Origin: Bacillota bacterium
Lineage (GTDB): Bacteria; Bacillota; Clostridia; Acetivibrionales; DTU013
NCBI GenBank assembly: GCA_023439545.1
Contig: JAEXNT010000019.1
Location: 37,313 to 101,312, forward strand
Direction: 5' to 3'
Length of the DNA: 64,000 nt
Shown here: piece after piece, positions 46,426 through 56,069 of the stretch
Layout of the letters: the number at the start of each line of letters is the position of its first letter
Position numbering within the stretch: the first letter of the stretch is position 1
Notes under the pieces: generated by a model
Database searches by the model: none
The model's input: only the letters and a program-made list of their open reading frames with translations
Told to the model about the DNA's origin: nothing
Program-made: the position numbers and the translations under genes

Positions 46426-47169
46426 CTAATTGAATAGTTTCGACAGCTCCTCGTACTTGTCGTGCGTCAGAAGAGCATCCTTATCGATACCCTCAAGCTT
46501 CACTATGTAGGTCCACCGGCCGTACGGATAGATTTTACTGACCGCGCCGAGGTTTATTATGTAAGATTTGTGGCATCTGAAGAACAGGTCGCCATCCAGT
46601 TTCTCCTCGATCTCGCTCAAGCCCTCGGAGGTCGAAAAACGGTCGTTCCGGGTATAAATGACCGTACTCCTGTCTTCTCGCTGTATGAGTACGATATCCT
46701 TGACGTCGACGAGACTTATGCTATCCCTGTTGCGGATCATTAGCTTCTGCGGCGCCCCGGTATTGCCGTGCGGCCTGTTGACAACTGAAACGTCGGGCTT
46801 GGCTGCATTTATGTTCTTGATACGGTCTAACGTCTGGTTGAGCCTTTCCACCCTGAAGGGTTTGACAAGGTAATCGAAAGCATACACCTCAAAGGCCTCG
46901 GGCATGTACTCGTCATGTGCCGTGGCAAAAATAATGATTGTTTTAGGTTCTATGTCGGAAATCCTTTTTGCACATTCTACGCCGCTGAGCCCGGGCATTT
47001 CCACATCGAGGAATACCACAGCGGGACGCAGGGCTTCAAAAAGGCGGAGAGCGGTTTCACCATCCCCCGCCTCGCCTGCTGCTTCAAAATCACCGGCTTT
47101 TTCAATGGCTTTTTTTATCACAAGCCGCATACCCGGCTCATCATCGGCAATCAGCACTCTGATGCTCAA
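46426..47169 (-). CDS. LytR/AlgR-family response regulator (REC + LytTR DNA-binding domain)
   Basis: REC domain (VLIADDEPGMR...FLDVEMPGLSG) and LytTR domain (FFRCHKSYIINLGAVSKI). Confidence 0.9.
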   Translation of the reverse strand: MSIRVLIADDEPGMRLVIKKAIEKAGDFEAAGEAGDGETALRLFEALRPAVVFLDVEMPGLSGVECAKRISDIEPKTIIIFATAHDEYMPEAFEVYAFDYLVKPFRVERLNQTLDRIKNINAAKPDVSVVNRPHGNTGAPQKLMIRNRDSISLVDVKDIVLIQREDRSTVIYTRNDRFSTSEGLSEIEEKLDGDLFFRCHKSYIINLGAVSKIYPYGRWTYIVKLEGIDKDALLTHDKYEELSKLFN

Positions 47170-47172
47170 GTA

Positions 47173-47709
47173 TCACCACCGGCCCCTTCTGAAGCATTTT
47201 GGCCTGCCGAGCACCTCAGCCATTATGATGCCGGATAAAAGATTATCTTCGCTGAAATTCAACTTCAGCTGCTTTTCATAGTTATCAGGCGCCTTACCCC
47301 GGATCGGCGCAGAAGCAGCTTCTGTTATGCCGGTATTGGCATTGGTATTGGCGCCGGTAATTATACCGGAATCGGAATCTGCGCCGGCTGTCCGCGCCGC
47401 ACCTGCTGCGTTCACGGCCCCCGAAGCCGCAGAGCCCCGTCCCGGGACGGGATCGTCAGGCGCCTCCCGGTAAACTTCAGAATCCGGTCGTAAGCCGGTT
47501 TTGTCTGGAGAGACGACCGCCCCGGACTGCCGCGGGCCTCTCCCTGCCGCAGGAGCGGCATTGTTGGGAGTGACCCGGAATATCTGCATATTTTTCTGCT
47601 GCGACTGCAGAGGGCTCATGCGGTCTGACCGCATCAACTGTTCCGCCTGTATCAGCGCACCCCTGGCAGCTTGTTCGAGAATGCCGAAATTGCTATAATT
47701 GGATTGCAT
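47173..47709 (-). CDS. Hypothetical protein with Ala/Gly/Pro-rich disordered centre
   Basis: 178-aa ORF lying 29 nt after floA and 3 nt before the LytTR regulator. The C-terminus is LSGIIMAEVLGRPKCFRRGRW. I recognised no family. Confidence 0.5.
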   Translation of the reverse strand: MQSNYSNFGILEQAARGALIQAEQLMRSDRMSPLQSQQKNMQIFRVTPNNAAPAAGRGPRQSGAVVSPDKTGLRPDSEVYREAPDDPVPGRGSAASGAVNAAGAARTAGADSDSGIITGANTNANTGITEAASAPIRGKAPDNYEKQLKLNFSEDNLLSGIIMAEVLGRPKCFRRGRW

Positions 47710-47738
47710 TATATCGCCCTTCCTGATATACTTACAGA

Positions 47739-48731
47739 CTATTTCCTGGTTACACTTTCATTTGTATCCGGTTTGTTCACCTTTGAAATGGAATCCCTCA
47801 TCTGCGTATCCGCGATCATATTCTGCATGTTGTAGTAATCCATTACGCCAAGCTTCCCGCTGTTGAGAGCGCTTGCCATGGCCTTCGGCACCTCGGCCTC
47901 GGATTCCACGACCTTGGCGCGCATTTCCTGAACAAGAGCCTTCATTTCCTGCTCCTTTGCAACTGCCATTGCGCGCCTTTCCTCGGCTTTTGCCTGGGCT
48001 ATGTTCTTGTCCGCTTCCGCCTGCAGTGTCAGCAGCTGCGCGCCGATATTCCTGCCTACGTCGACGTCCGCGATATCGATTGAAAGTATCTCATAAGCCG
48101 TACCTGCATCAAGACCCTTGCTGAGCACGGTCCGCGAAATGGAATCCGGGTTCTCGAGCACATCCTTGTGCGACTGCGAACTGCCGACCGTCGTTACGAT
48201 ACCTTCTCCGACCCTGGCAATGATCGTCGCTTCGCCGGCGCCGCCTATGAGCCTGTCAAGATTGGTTCTTACAGTTACCCTTGCCTTGACGAGAAGCTCT
48301 ATACCATCCTTTGCAACCGCCGAGATGTTCGGCGTCTCTATGACCTTCGGATTGACGCTCATCTTAACGGCTTCCAGTACGTCCCTGCCTGCCAGATCGA
48401 TAGCTGCCGCCCTGACGAATTGCAGGTTCATATCGGCTCTGTGTGCCGCGATCAAAGCATTTACCACCTTGTCGACATTACCCCCGGCCAGGTAGTGCGC
48501 TTCAAGCTGGTTGACATTGAGATCGAGTCCGGCTTTGGACGCCTTTATGAGAGGCAGTATGATCTTGGCCGGGCTGACCCTTCTCAGGCGCATGCCTATG
48601 AGCGTGAAAATGCCTACCCTTACACCGGCTGCAAAGGCCGAGATCCAAAGTCCCACCGGGATGAAAGTAAAGAAGATCGCCAGAAAAATAAATACGACGA
48701 TAACAATTAAAGCAATTAAAAAGTATTGCAT
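47739..48731 (-). CDS. floA: Flotillin-like protein FloA (SPFH domain)
   Basis: An N-terminal hairpin helix followed by [34 protein letters not shown], and an Ala/Glu-rich C-terminal repeat. A GAAAGGGG RBS precedes the ATG at 48729-48731. Confidence 0.9.
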   Translation of the reverse strand: MQYFLIALIVIVVFIFLAIFFTFIPVGLWISAFAAGVRVGIFTLIGMRLRRVSPAKIILPLIKASKAGLDLNVNQLEAHYLAGGNVDKVVNALIAAHRADMNLQFVRAAAIDLAGRDVLEAVKMSVNPKVIETPNISAVAKDGIELLVKARVTVRTNLDRLIGGAGEATIIARVGEGIVTTVGSSQSHKDVLENPDSISRTVLSKGLDAGTAYEILSIDIADVDVGRNIGAQLLTLQAEADKNIAQAKAEERRAMAVAKEQEMKALVQEMRAKVVESEAEVPKAMASALNSGKLGVMDYYNMQNMIADTQMRDSISKVNKPDTNESVTRK

Positions 48732-48786
48732 ATATTTACCCCTTTCCAATATTATTATTTACCTGTAAATTCATTTCAACACCGAA

Positions 48787-49296
48787 TTACGAAACGCTTG
48801 ATTTTTGAACCACTACGATTCTATGACCTTCGACTTTGGTTATTATGACCGTAGAGTCCTTGGGAATGAATTCACCTTCCGATACCACGTCCAGCTTGAC
48901 TCCGCTGAAATCAGCCGTACCGGACGGCCTTAACACGGTCAGGGTCTTTCCTTCGCTGCCTATGAAATATTTGAGATCGTCCGACCCCGTGAAACCCATA
49001 TCGTCATCCAGCGATGCATTAAGTACAAGGCGCCTCGCAAGATGGCCCTTTGTTGCCGACTGCAGCACTATCATAAAAGCTATGCCGAGTATGGCAAGAA
49101 GAATCACTATCATAATAAGCGCCTGCAGCGGAGTTTTGGCAGTCAGTATGACGCCGGCTACGAGCAGTATGGCGCCTATGATACCGGGCGCCCCGATTCC
49201 CGGATGGAACATTTCTACTATTATGAAAATAAGCCCTGCGATTATGCATACCCACGGAAGCCAGACCAATCCGGCAAGCATCATCGAAAAATCCAT
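48787..49296 (-). CDS. NfeD family membrane protein
   Basis: Multiple N-terminal TM helices and a C-terminal OB-fold (GKTLTVLRPSGTADFSGVKLDVVSEGEFI). It is paired with floA. Confidence 0.85.
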   Translation of the reverse strand: MDFSMMLAGLVWLPWVCIIAGLIFIIVEMFHPGIGAPGIIGAILLVAGVILTAKTPLQALIMIVILLAILGIAFMIVLQSATKGHLARRLVLNASLDDDMGFTGSDDLKYFIGSEGKTLTVLRPSGTADFSGVKLDVVSEGEFIPKDSTVIITKVEGHRIVVVQKSSVS

Positions 49297-49318
49297 ATGA
49301 ACACCTCCTCTTGATCCT

Positions 49319-49360
49319 ATTATATAGCCGGTGTTTCACACATTTAACATATGTTTCACA
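49319..49360 (-). promoter_or_regulatory. Candidate LytTR-type direct-repeat site and -10 box upstream of nfeD-floA
   Basis: Gene-strand TGTGAAACA-N11-TGTGAAACA (49332-49340 and 49352-49360, a perfect 9-bp direct repeat), then TATAAT (49319-49324). A poor -35 (TTAAAT) overlaps the repeat region. Confidence 0.45.
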
Positions 49361-49409
49361 AATGATACGGTTGGAATGCTGAAATGTCTCTTTTTATGAT
49401 TTTCCGATA

Positions 49410-50282
49410 TCACCGGTCTATTTGCTGCCTCGGAAGACATCCTGAAAATACTGTGCTTTTATCGTCGCTTGCAACGCTGATCGTCCCTCCGCAATTCTCC
49501 AGGATCTCCTTGCAGATTGCCAGGCCCATGCCTTCGCCGTTATCTCCCTTTGTCGTAAACCCGGGCTCAAAAATTTTTACCAGATGCTGCGGAGGAATGG
49601 GAGTCCCGTTGTCGGCCACCTTGAAACAGTGGTTCCTGAGGTCTTCCGACAATTCTATCCTGATGTTTTTATCACTCTGTTTGTCAGAAAGCGCATAAAC
49701 CGCATTGTCGATAAGATTGCCAAGTATTCTGCAAAACTCCCAGGACTCGATCCTAAGATCCTTGAGCTGGGTCGTCACGTTAAGCTCGACTGCGATCCCA
49801 TGCTTTTCGCATGTCAGGAGCTTTGCCTGAAGGAGCGCGTTTACCGCCGCATTTGAAGTCTTCATCACCCTGCTGACCTTCTGGATATCCGTATATACCT
49901 TCTCTATGTACTCGGATGCAGACTTGTATTCGTCCATCTGTATAAGCGAGTGAACGACCTGGAGATGGTTCATGAAATCATGCCTCTGGGCGCGCAGTGA
50001 ATTGTTGAGCTTTTCGAGCCTCGCAAGCGTGTCCTCGAGAAGCTGGAATTGATATACCGAACGAAGGAGACTGCTTCTGTTCTTGAAGGCGGCAAGGCTG
50101 TTTATTGTTACCGCCGCGAGAGTGACAGTCAGGAGAACAATGATCCATGGGTTCCTGAGAAGACCGGGGCCGCCTCCGTTATCCACCAGGTAAAGCAGAA
50201 CGGCAGCAATCATTGCAATTTGGGTAAGGTTTATGATTATGATCATGATTATCGTTGTTCCCGGATCCATCTTTTTATTCAT
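49410..50282 (-). CDS. GHKL-type sensor histidine kinase (AgrC/SpoOB-like H-box), small membrane sensor
   Basis: 2-3 N-terminal TM helices, the H-box LRAQRHDFMNHLQVV, and the ATPase motifs GNLIDNA, DNG and GEGMGLAICKE. A GGGGGT RBS precedes the ATG at 50280-50282. Confidence 0.8.
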   Translation of the reverse strand: MNKKMDPGTTIIMIIIINLTQIAMIAAVLLYLVDNGGGPGLLRNPWIIVLLTVTLAAVTINSLAAFKNRSSLLRSVYQFQLLEDTLARLEKLNNSLRAQRHDFMNHLQVVHSLIQMDEYKSASEYIEKVYTDIQKVSRVMKTSNAAVNALLQAKLLTCEKHGIAVELNVTTQLKDLRIESWEFCRILGNLIDNAVYALSDKQSDKNIRIELSEDLRNHCFKVADNGTPIPPQHLVKIFEPGFTTKGDNGEGMGLAICKEILENCGGTISVASDDKSTVFSGCLPRQQIDR

Positions 50283-50414
50283 ACCATTACCCCCGAATAC
50301 TTGCATCAAGCCCCTCGCCGGAGCTTTGTAACTCCCGGAGAAACGAGGCTCCCTTCCATATTCAGTATATCTTGTATAAACGATACATTCAATAGCGCCG
50401 GTGCGAATGCCATG

Positions 50415-51977
50415 TCACAAGCTATACATGTGCTTTTCACCCGTCTGCTTTCGTTTTGACGGGAATAGATAACCTTTGATGAGCAGAATCCTGACGACGC
50501 CGCATATCAAAAGGCTGACGCCGATAAACAGCAAGGAACAGCCGACGTCGGGCACATTGAATATGAATTGCTCCCAGTTGAAGCCAATCCCTCCCGGTAT
50601 GCGAAAAATAACAATGGGAAGTATGATATAGACCGTAAATGTTAACAGGACAGTTGCCGCAAAGCTCCATTTACTTTTGGCCAGACGCTTTCTGATGCCT
50701 GCCAGGCGTATGAAGGAGTATATCAATGCAAGCAATATCACTATGCACAGCGCCAGATATATATCGTAGGTTACCGTTACCGGGTACCGGTTCAGATCAA
50801 GTATTCCCCCGTTTGGAACATCGTCGGGATCCATGCCGTAAAGTATGTTGATAATGCCGCTTTCGATCCTGTCTCTGTAACCGACCTTGAACAATGAAGT
50901 CGCCGTACTGCTGGAGGTATTGTAAACAAATGCTACGCCGAGCGATTCATCCGGTATGATCTTCAATTTAGACTGGTAATCGGTAAGCTCACCCCCGTGA
51001 TAATAGCTTCCGGAGGTTACATACCATCCGAGTCCGTAGGACTCCCATTCCGATATCCTTGCATAGGGCTGACGCATAAGGGCCAGGCTATCGGCCGGCA
51101 ATATCCTGCCGTTTCCATACATACCGCCGTTTATCAATGCGAGCATATATTTCGCAAGATCCTCCGAACAGGTTATGACGCCGGCGGCGGGAGTGAAATC
51201 AGTCCTGTACGGCAGACCTGAGACCGCAGGAAACCCGAAAATAGTGCGGTAGCCTGCTGCCATTCTGTTCTTTTTTATCTCCTCCGGTGCTGTCCCCTCA
51301 TTTAAGAAGTAACTGCGAGCCATTCCGAGAGGCTCGAATATGTTCTGCCTGATGTAGTCTTCGTAAGTCATTCCCGACACGATCTGGATGAGTTTGCCCA
51401 GTATTATGTAATTTGCATTGTTATATTGGAATTTGGTCCCGGGAGGAGCCGTAAGTTTCAACTTTTTCATTCTTTCCACAAGCCAGCCTATCGAATCCCC
51501 TTCTCCGGTAACAGATGCGACACCGAACTCGGCGTAAGGTCCCAAGCCGCTTGTATGACTTAAGAGCTCCCTGACGGTGATAGCCTGCGACGCCTTACTG
51601 TCTGCAAGCTCGAACCAGGGAAGATAGGTACAGACCGGCTCGTCGAGCGACACCCTCCCCTCGTCGACCAATTGCATCACAGCCAGCGCAGTAAAAGTCT
51701 TGCTAACCGAAGCTACCTGGAATGGAGTTTCAGAGGTTACCTTCCATCCCGTAGGGTCGGCAATTCCATAACCCTGGGTATAAACAACCTCCCCGCCTCT
51801 GACAATAGCCAGGGAAAATCCGGGAATACGGCATTCTTTCATCATTCTTTCCACGTATCCGTCGATCTTCTTCAGATCAGGTTTGGCCTGCAGCTCCGAA
51901 GCGTTTGAAGGACCACTCAGGAGCAATGCAGCAGCCATTATAAAGATCGGCAGGAATGAAAAAATCTTTCTGATCAT
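50415..51977 (-). CDS. Beta-lactamase-related serine hydrolase with C-terminal membrane anchor helices
   Basis: Signal peptide, SVSKTF (SxxK), YNNANY (YxN) and 3-4 C-terminal TM helices. Confidence 0.8.
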   Translation of the reverse strand: MIRKIFSFLPIFIMAAALLLSGPSNASELQAKPDLKKIDGYVERMMKECRIPGFSLAIVRGGEVVYTQGYGIADPTGWKVTSETPFQVASVSKTFTALAVMQLVDEGRVSLDEPVCTYLPWFELADSKASQAITVRELLSHTSGLGPYAEFGVASVTGEGDSIGWLVERMKKLKLTAPPGTKFQYNNANYIILGKLIQIVSGMTYEDYIRQNIFEPLGMARSYFLNEGTAPEEIKKNRMAAGYRTIFGFPAVSGLPYRTDFTPAAGVITCSEDLAKYMLALINGGMYGNGRILPADSLALMRQPYARISEWESYGLGWYVTSGSYYHGGELTDYQSKLKIIPDESLGVAFVYNTSSSTATSLFKVGYRDRIESGIINILYGMDPDDVPNGGILDLNRYPVTVTYDIYLALCIVILLALIYSFIRLAGIRKRLAKSKWSFAATVLLTFTVYIILPIVIFRIPGGIGFNWEQFIFNVPDVGCSLLFIGVSLLICGVVRILLIKGYLFPSKRKQTGEKHMYSL

Positions 51978-52234
51978 CCCAAAGCCCTCCGCTTATATCA
52001 GTATTTCTTACCAATTATTTGGATTTTAACATCAGTATGTAATACTTTCAATTAGCATGATATCCATAAAAGGTGTGCATAAATTGGTAATTTTTCAACA
52101 TAGTTCGAGATTTGGCGGATAAAAAAAGCCTCACTGCGTGAAGCTTCATACGGTCGATTATACCGCCCAAGGGCGGATAATCCTGATATGATGAAACAGG
52201 AGGCCGAAGTACAACTTGCGTCCTCCTGCTTCAG

Positions 52235-52309
52235 TGGTGACCCATAGCGGATTCGAACCGCTGTTATCGCCGTGAAAGGGCGGTGTCTTAACCACTTGAC
52301 CAATGGGCC
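52235..52309 (-). tRNA. tRNA-Glu (anticodon TTC), CCA encoded
   Basis: Reverse complement is GGCCCATTGGTCAAGTGGTTAAGACACCGCCCTTTCACGGCGATAACAGCGGTTCGAATCCGCTATGGGTCACCA, colinear with Bacillus tRNA-Glu. There is one C-A mismatch at the top of the anticodon stem. Confidence 0.9.
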
Positions 52310-52360
52310 TTGAACAATAATTTTGCATGCGCTTTCAATGGTGTCGCATGCAAAAGTAAG

Positions 52361-52437
52361 TGGTAGCGGCGGTCGGATTTGAACCAACGACACTGCGGGT
52401 ATGAACCGCATGCTCTAGCCAACTGAGCTACGCCGCC
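52361..52437 (-). tRNA. tRNA-Met, elongator type (anticodon CAT), CCA encoded
   Basis: Reverse complement is GGCGGCGTAGCTCAGTTGGCTAGAGCATGCGGTTCATACCCGCAGTGTCGTTGGTTCAAATCCGACCGCCGCTACCA. It lacks the initiator features (no C1-A72, no GGG/CCC anticodon stem). Confidence 0.9.
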
Positions 52438-52471
52438 ATATATTCGCGAGGGCGCCCCTACGCGCTTTACT

Positions 52472-52501
52472 ATTGTAGCAGATGGAGGAACATAAAGTCA
52501 A
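52472..52501 (-). promoter_or_regulatory. Sigma-A promoter for the tRNA-Met/tRNA-Glu pair
   Basis: Gene-strand TTGACT, an 18-nt spacer and TACAAT, about 30 nt upstream of the tRNA-Met 5' end. Confidence 0.6.
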
Positions 52502-52561
52502 TAGAAAAGTTTCCGCCATTATATTCCTTTATTGCCCATTATATTCCATGGACAAGCGCAG

Positions 52562-53695
52562 TTACGCGAGCTTGATCCAGTGTATCCTCCTGTCCTTTCT
52601 GAAGCCGGCTTTTACTGCAAGTTCCATAGACGCGGTGTTGGACTCCTTTATATGCACGAACGGCACTTCCCCCGCCGCGGCAAGCCTGCTTACCATAGCC
52701 TCGGTTATCTGCCGGGCGTACCCTTTTCTCCTGTATTCCTCAAGCACATGCATGAACCCTATGGCCCCGTCATCATGAGTCAGCGCCCATGCCACGAGCC
52801 TGCCGTCCTTCCGGATTCCGGCGCCGACGCCATTCAGTATCCTCTCCTCGATATAATCAATCGAAATATATTCCTTGTAATCGGAATTATTATACAATAC
52901 AGGCGCGTCCGGTATGGTCAGGTCCGTAACTTCAGCCTGAACATTTCTCTCTTCCCCGCTGGCCCGTCCAAATCCCGGCCAGTCATAAACCAGCTTCATG
53001 CTGGTCATGCGCGACCTAACCTCCCTACCGCGGATCACAGCCGGCAGCATCCAGTCCTCGAGCACAGCGAAGCATTTATCCTCCTCGTCCAGGCCTTCGG
53101 TCAGGCGGCCGAATTCCCCCTCCGATCCGCTGCTGATATAGACCCAGTCCTCGTCGCTCGTTCCCCTTATCAACACCGATTCGCCCGCTCTGTCAAAGGA
53201 ATAGGCGGGGTAGGATTTCAGGAATTTAATGATGTTGACGTTGCGTACCGGGTCACTGCAGAGGAGTTTTATATACTTGCCCGTCAGGTGCTCCGTGACC
53301 CTTCGTAGAAGCTGCGGAAAAATACCCGGGTAGGTCAGTTCGGCGGGCATTTGCCTAAACAGCTTCATCCCGCCAATCTCACTTTCCGGCAGCGGCCCTA
53401 ATCTCCGCACGTCGGCGTAAAACAAAGCGCCGTAATCCATCGTACCGTTGTCGGTCACTGAATACGTACAGACCGGCTCAAGCTCATACGCCGTCGCGCC
53501 GCTCTCTTCATACAGCTCCCTCTTTGCGGCTTCCGTGATATCATCGCCCGGTTCCCTGTGGCCGCCCAGGGTCTCCCAGGCGGACCTTTCCCTGTGCTTT
53601 GCAAGTATCCATTTGCCCTTGTGGGAAGCGCATATTACTGCAAATTTCAATTTATAGTTTTCTATTTCCCCGAACCCGTAAAACCTTATTTCCAT
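52562..53695 (-). CDS. NUDIX hydrolase - GNAT acetyltransferase fusion protein
   Basis: N-terminal Nudix box (GGHREPGDDITEAAKRELYEESG) and C-terminal GNAT (EEYRRKGYARQITEAMV). The ORF is open to 53749. Confidence 0.75.
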   Translation of the reverse strand: MEIRFYGFGEIENYKLKFAVICASHKGKWILAKHRERSAWETLGGHREPGDDITEAAKRELYEESGATAYELEPVCTYSVTDNGTMDYGALFYADVRRLGPLPESEIGGMKLFRQMPAELTYPGIFPQLLRRVTEHLTGKYIKLLCSDPVRNVNIIKFLKSYPAYSFDRAGESVLIRGTSDEDWVYISSGSEGEFGRLTEGLDEEDKCFAVLEDWMLPAVIRGREVRSRMTSMKLVYDWPGFGRASGEERNVQAEVTDLTIPDAPVLYNNSDYKEYISIDYIEERILNGVGAGIRKDGRLVAWALTHDDGAIGFMHVLEEYRRKGYARQITEAMVSRLAAAGEVPFVHIKESNTASMELAVKAGFRKDRRIHWIKLA

Positions 53696-53829
53696 AAACC
53701 GCGCCTCGATAACCTCTTCATCTGCCGGGTTTGGAACCGGCCCACCCATTATATCATAATGGATGAATAAAATGGCTGGTATTACTCATAATATTAAACC
53801 GAAATAAATCTGATATTTGGAGGGTTCAT

Positions 53830-54033
53830 ATGGCAGATAAGCAGGAGATATTCGACAGGATAAATGAATTATTGGAGAGCACCGGTCTTACATACGAGAT
53901 AAACGATATCTCGAGTCTCGAAGAATTTCTGGAAAATGACGACAACCAGCAGTATGAAGAGTATGAAGAAATCGAAAGCCTGTACAATGAGCTTATGGAT
54001 TGTTCCTGTTATGATGACAGTGATGAAACTTAA
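53830..54033 (+). CDS. Small highly acidic protein, unknown function
   Basis: GGAGGG lies 5 nt before ATG. The 67-aa product is extremely D/E-rich with a CSC motif near the C-terminus. Confidence 0.55.
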   Translation: MADKQEIFDRINELLESTGLTYEINDISSLEEFLENDDNQQYEEYEEIESLYNELMDCSCYDDSDET

Positions 54034-54103
54034 GTCTGCAGGCTGAATAATATTATTGTAATTAGTCCGGCGTGATTGTATAATAAAGTGAACATATTCC
54101 AAT

Positions 54104-54135
54104 ACACCCCTTCTGTATCGAAGGGGTGTTTGATT
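54104..54135 (+). terminator. Probable terminator after the acidic small ORF
   Basis: ACACCCCTT-ctgtatcg-AAGGGGTGT followed by TTGATT (weak U-tract). Confidence 0.5.
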
Positions 54136-54278
54136 CATTGGAACATTAATAATTGCCGCGCAGCATGATAGGGACTCCTATGTGCTTGCGCAATAAGCTT
54201 TGCGCAGTCTTGTTCGAAAATCAGAGGCGCTCGATGAGCCAATGATAGTATGTTATCACTCTTTTGGAGGCCCTGCCC

Positions 54279-55217
54279 GTGTTGAATATTTATAAAACCA
54301 AAAACGATGAGCTGGTCAGTCTCGATACTTTCGAAGAGGGCGTATGGGTCAGCCTTGTAAACCCGGACGAGGAAGAATTGCAAAAAGTAGGCAGCCAGCT
54401 GAACATAGACAACGAATACCTCCGCGCTGCGCTTGACGAAGAAGAACGCGCCAGGATCGAACATGACAATGACCAGTTCCTTATCCTCGTGGACGTTCCC
54501 GTCATAGACAGCGACGGCAACACGAATCTTTATTCCACCATTCCGCTTGGCATCATACTGCTCAAGGAAGCGATCGTAACGATATGCTTGAAAGAAAATA
54601 CAATTATTAAGGATTTCGAAAAAAAGAGGGTCAAATCATTCCTGACATACTTCAAGACCCGTTTCGTGTTCCAGATACTCTACAGGAACTCGGCGCAGTA
54701 CCTGCAGTACCTCAAGTTCATAGACAAAGCGAGCAGCCGGATTGAAAACGAGCTTCACAAGTCGATGAAAAACAAAGAGCTAATCCAGCTTCTCAAGCTC
54801 GAAAAGTCACTGGTTTATTTCTCTACGTCCCTTAAATCCAACGAAATAGTGCTCGAAAAGCTTTTGAAGCACGACGGCATAAAGAAATACACGGATGACA
54901 CCGATCTGCTCGAGGACGTTATTATAGAAAACAAGCAGGCCATCGAAATGGCCAACATATACAGCAGCATCCTCACAGGCATCATGGGAGCCTATGCGTC
55001 AGTCATTTCAAACAATGTGAACATAGTGATGAAATTCCTCGCCTCAGTTACGATAGTGATGGCTATCCCCACAATGGTCGCAAGCTTCTTCGGAATGAAC
55101 GTGCCTATGCCCGCCGGCCTCGGAGAGTTCAGGTACGCGTTTTTGCTCGTACTCGGAATCGCCATGCTGCTGTCGGTAGTATCAGCAATAGTCCTTGCGA
55201 GAAAAAGGATGTTCTAA
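54279..55217 (+). CDS. corA: CorA family magnesium/cobalt transporter
   Basis: GMN motif (FFGMNVPMP) between two C-terminal TM helices. GGAGG lies 8 nt before the GTG at 54279. The ORF is open from 54264. Confidence 0.85.
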   Translation: MLNIYKTKNDELVSLDTFEEGVWVSLVNPDEEELQKVGSQLNIDNEYLRAALDEEERARIEHDNDQFLILVDVPVIDSDGNTNLYSTIPLGIILLKEAIVTICLKENTIIKDFEKKRVKSFLTYFKTRFVFQILYRNSAQYLQYLKFIDKASSRIENELHKSMKNKELIQLLKLEKSLVYFSTSLKSNEIVLEKLLKHDGIKKYTDDTDLLEDVIIENKQAIEMANIYSSILTGIMGAYASVISNNVNIVMKFLASVTIVMAIPTMVASFFGMNVPMPAGLGEFRYAFLLVLGIAMLLSVVSAIVLARKRMF

Positions 55218-55328
55218 GCGGTACCGGGTTAAAGCCGCCGTACGGTAGAAGCCGGACAGACACAAATGTCGTCAGACGGCAAAAGCTTGCGGACGACAAT
55301 ACGGTCAGTTAGCGACACCATCAGCGCC

Positions 55329-56069
55329 TCACCACTTTTCAACGAGGTGCTCCCAGTAGCGCCTGGGCATCAGCTGCCGCTGGAGCTTCGGATTCGAGCG
55401 GCTCTTTATCTCGAGAGTTTTGAAAAATTCCTTCCAGAGCGCCGAAAACTGTCTCTCCTCTTCGGTTGCACGGGGTATCCCATCAGCTGAAAACTCCGTT
55501 ATGATCCATTCCTTCGTGTTGTACAGAGCAGCGATCTCCCTTTTTACATCGTGTATTATCCAGTTCTGGTCCGCCAGCCTTTCGGCGAAGTGGGGCGCCA
55601 GCAGCTCCACGATGTTGTGGTCAGGGCTTATGGAAGAGTAAAAGAGCCCGCCCTCGACCTGCCGGAACCTGACGAAGCCCATCATTTTATGCATTTCATG
55701 CTCCACCCTGCGGTTTATGTCCATTATTTTGAACACAGTATCGTCCGCAAGGTGCATGTCCACGCTGCTTCCCATTTTCCAGCCGAGCTTCAGGTACCGG
55801 TAAATGAGAGTGCCTGCCCCGGGATCTTCGGAAAGGAAGGTATGATAGATGTTTTTGAGAGCTTCTTCGGAAATGTTTTTCCAGACCGATGCGTACACGC
55901 GGTCCGACTTTGCCTGATCCGCAGCTATGAAAACATACCGTGCCGTCAGATCCTGCTGCAGCCCCTGCTCCGAAAGAACGGCATCCGGAGCCTCCTTCCG
56001 GCTGAACGCCTCGAAAACAGCCGTCAGTATGCCTTCGAAACTGCCATCGTAAACATATGCAAGCATCAC
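55329..56069 (-). CDS. TIGR03915-family putative DNA repair protein (DUF4130, uracil-DNA-glycosylase-associated)
   Basis: The N-terminus YVYDGSFEGILTAVFEAF is characteristic. It overlaps the radical-SAM partner by 4 nt. Confidence 0.75.
   Translation of the reverse strand: MMLAYVYDGSFEGILTAVFEAFSRKEAPDAVLSEQGLQQDLTARYVFIAADQAKSDRVYASVWKNISEEALKNIYHTFLSEDPGAGTLIYRYLKLGWKMGSSVDMHLADDTVFKIMDINRRVEHEMHKMMGFVRFRQVEGGLFYSSISPDHNIVELLAPHFAERLADQNWIIHDVKREIAALYNTKEWIITEFSADGIPRATEEERQFSALWKEFFKTLEIKSRSNPKLQRQLMPRRYWEHLVEKW

Noticed and set aside
52052-52411. 119-aa minus-strand ORF
   Set aside because: It runs straight through tRNA-Glu and into tRNA-Met. The tRNA calls explain the sequence.
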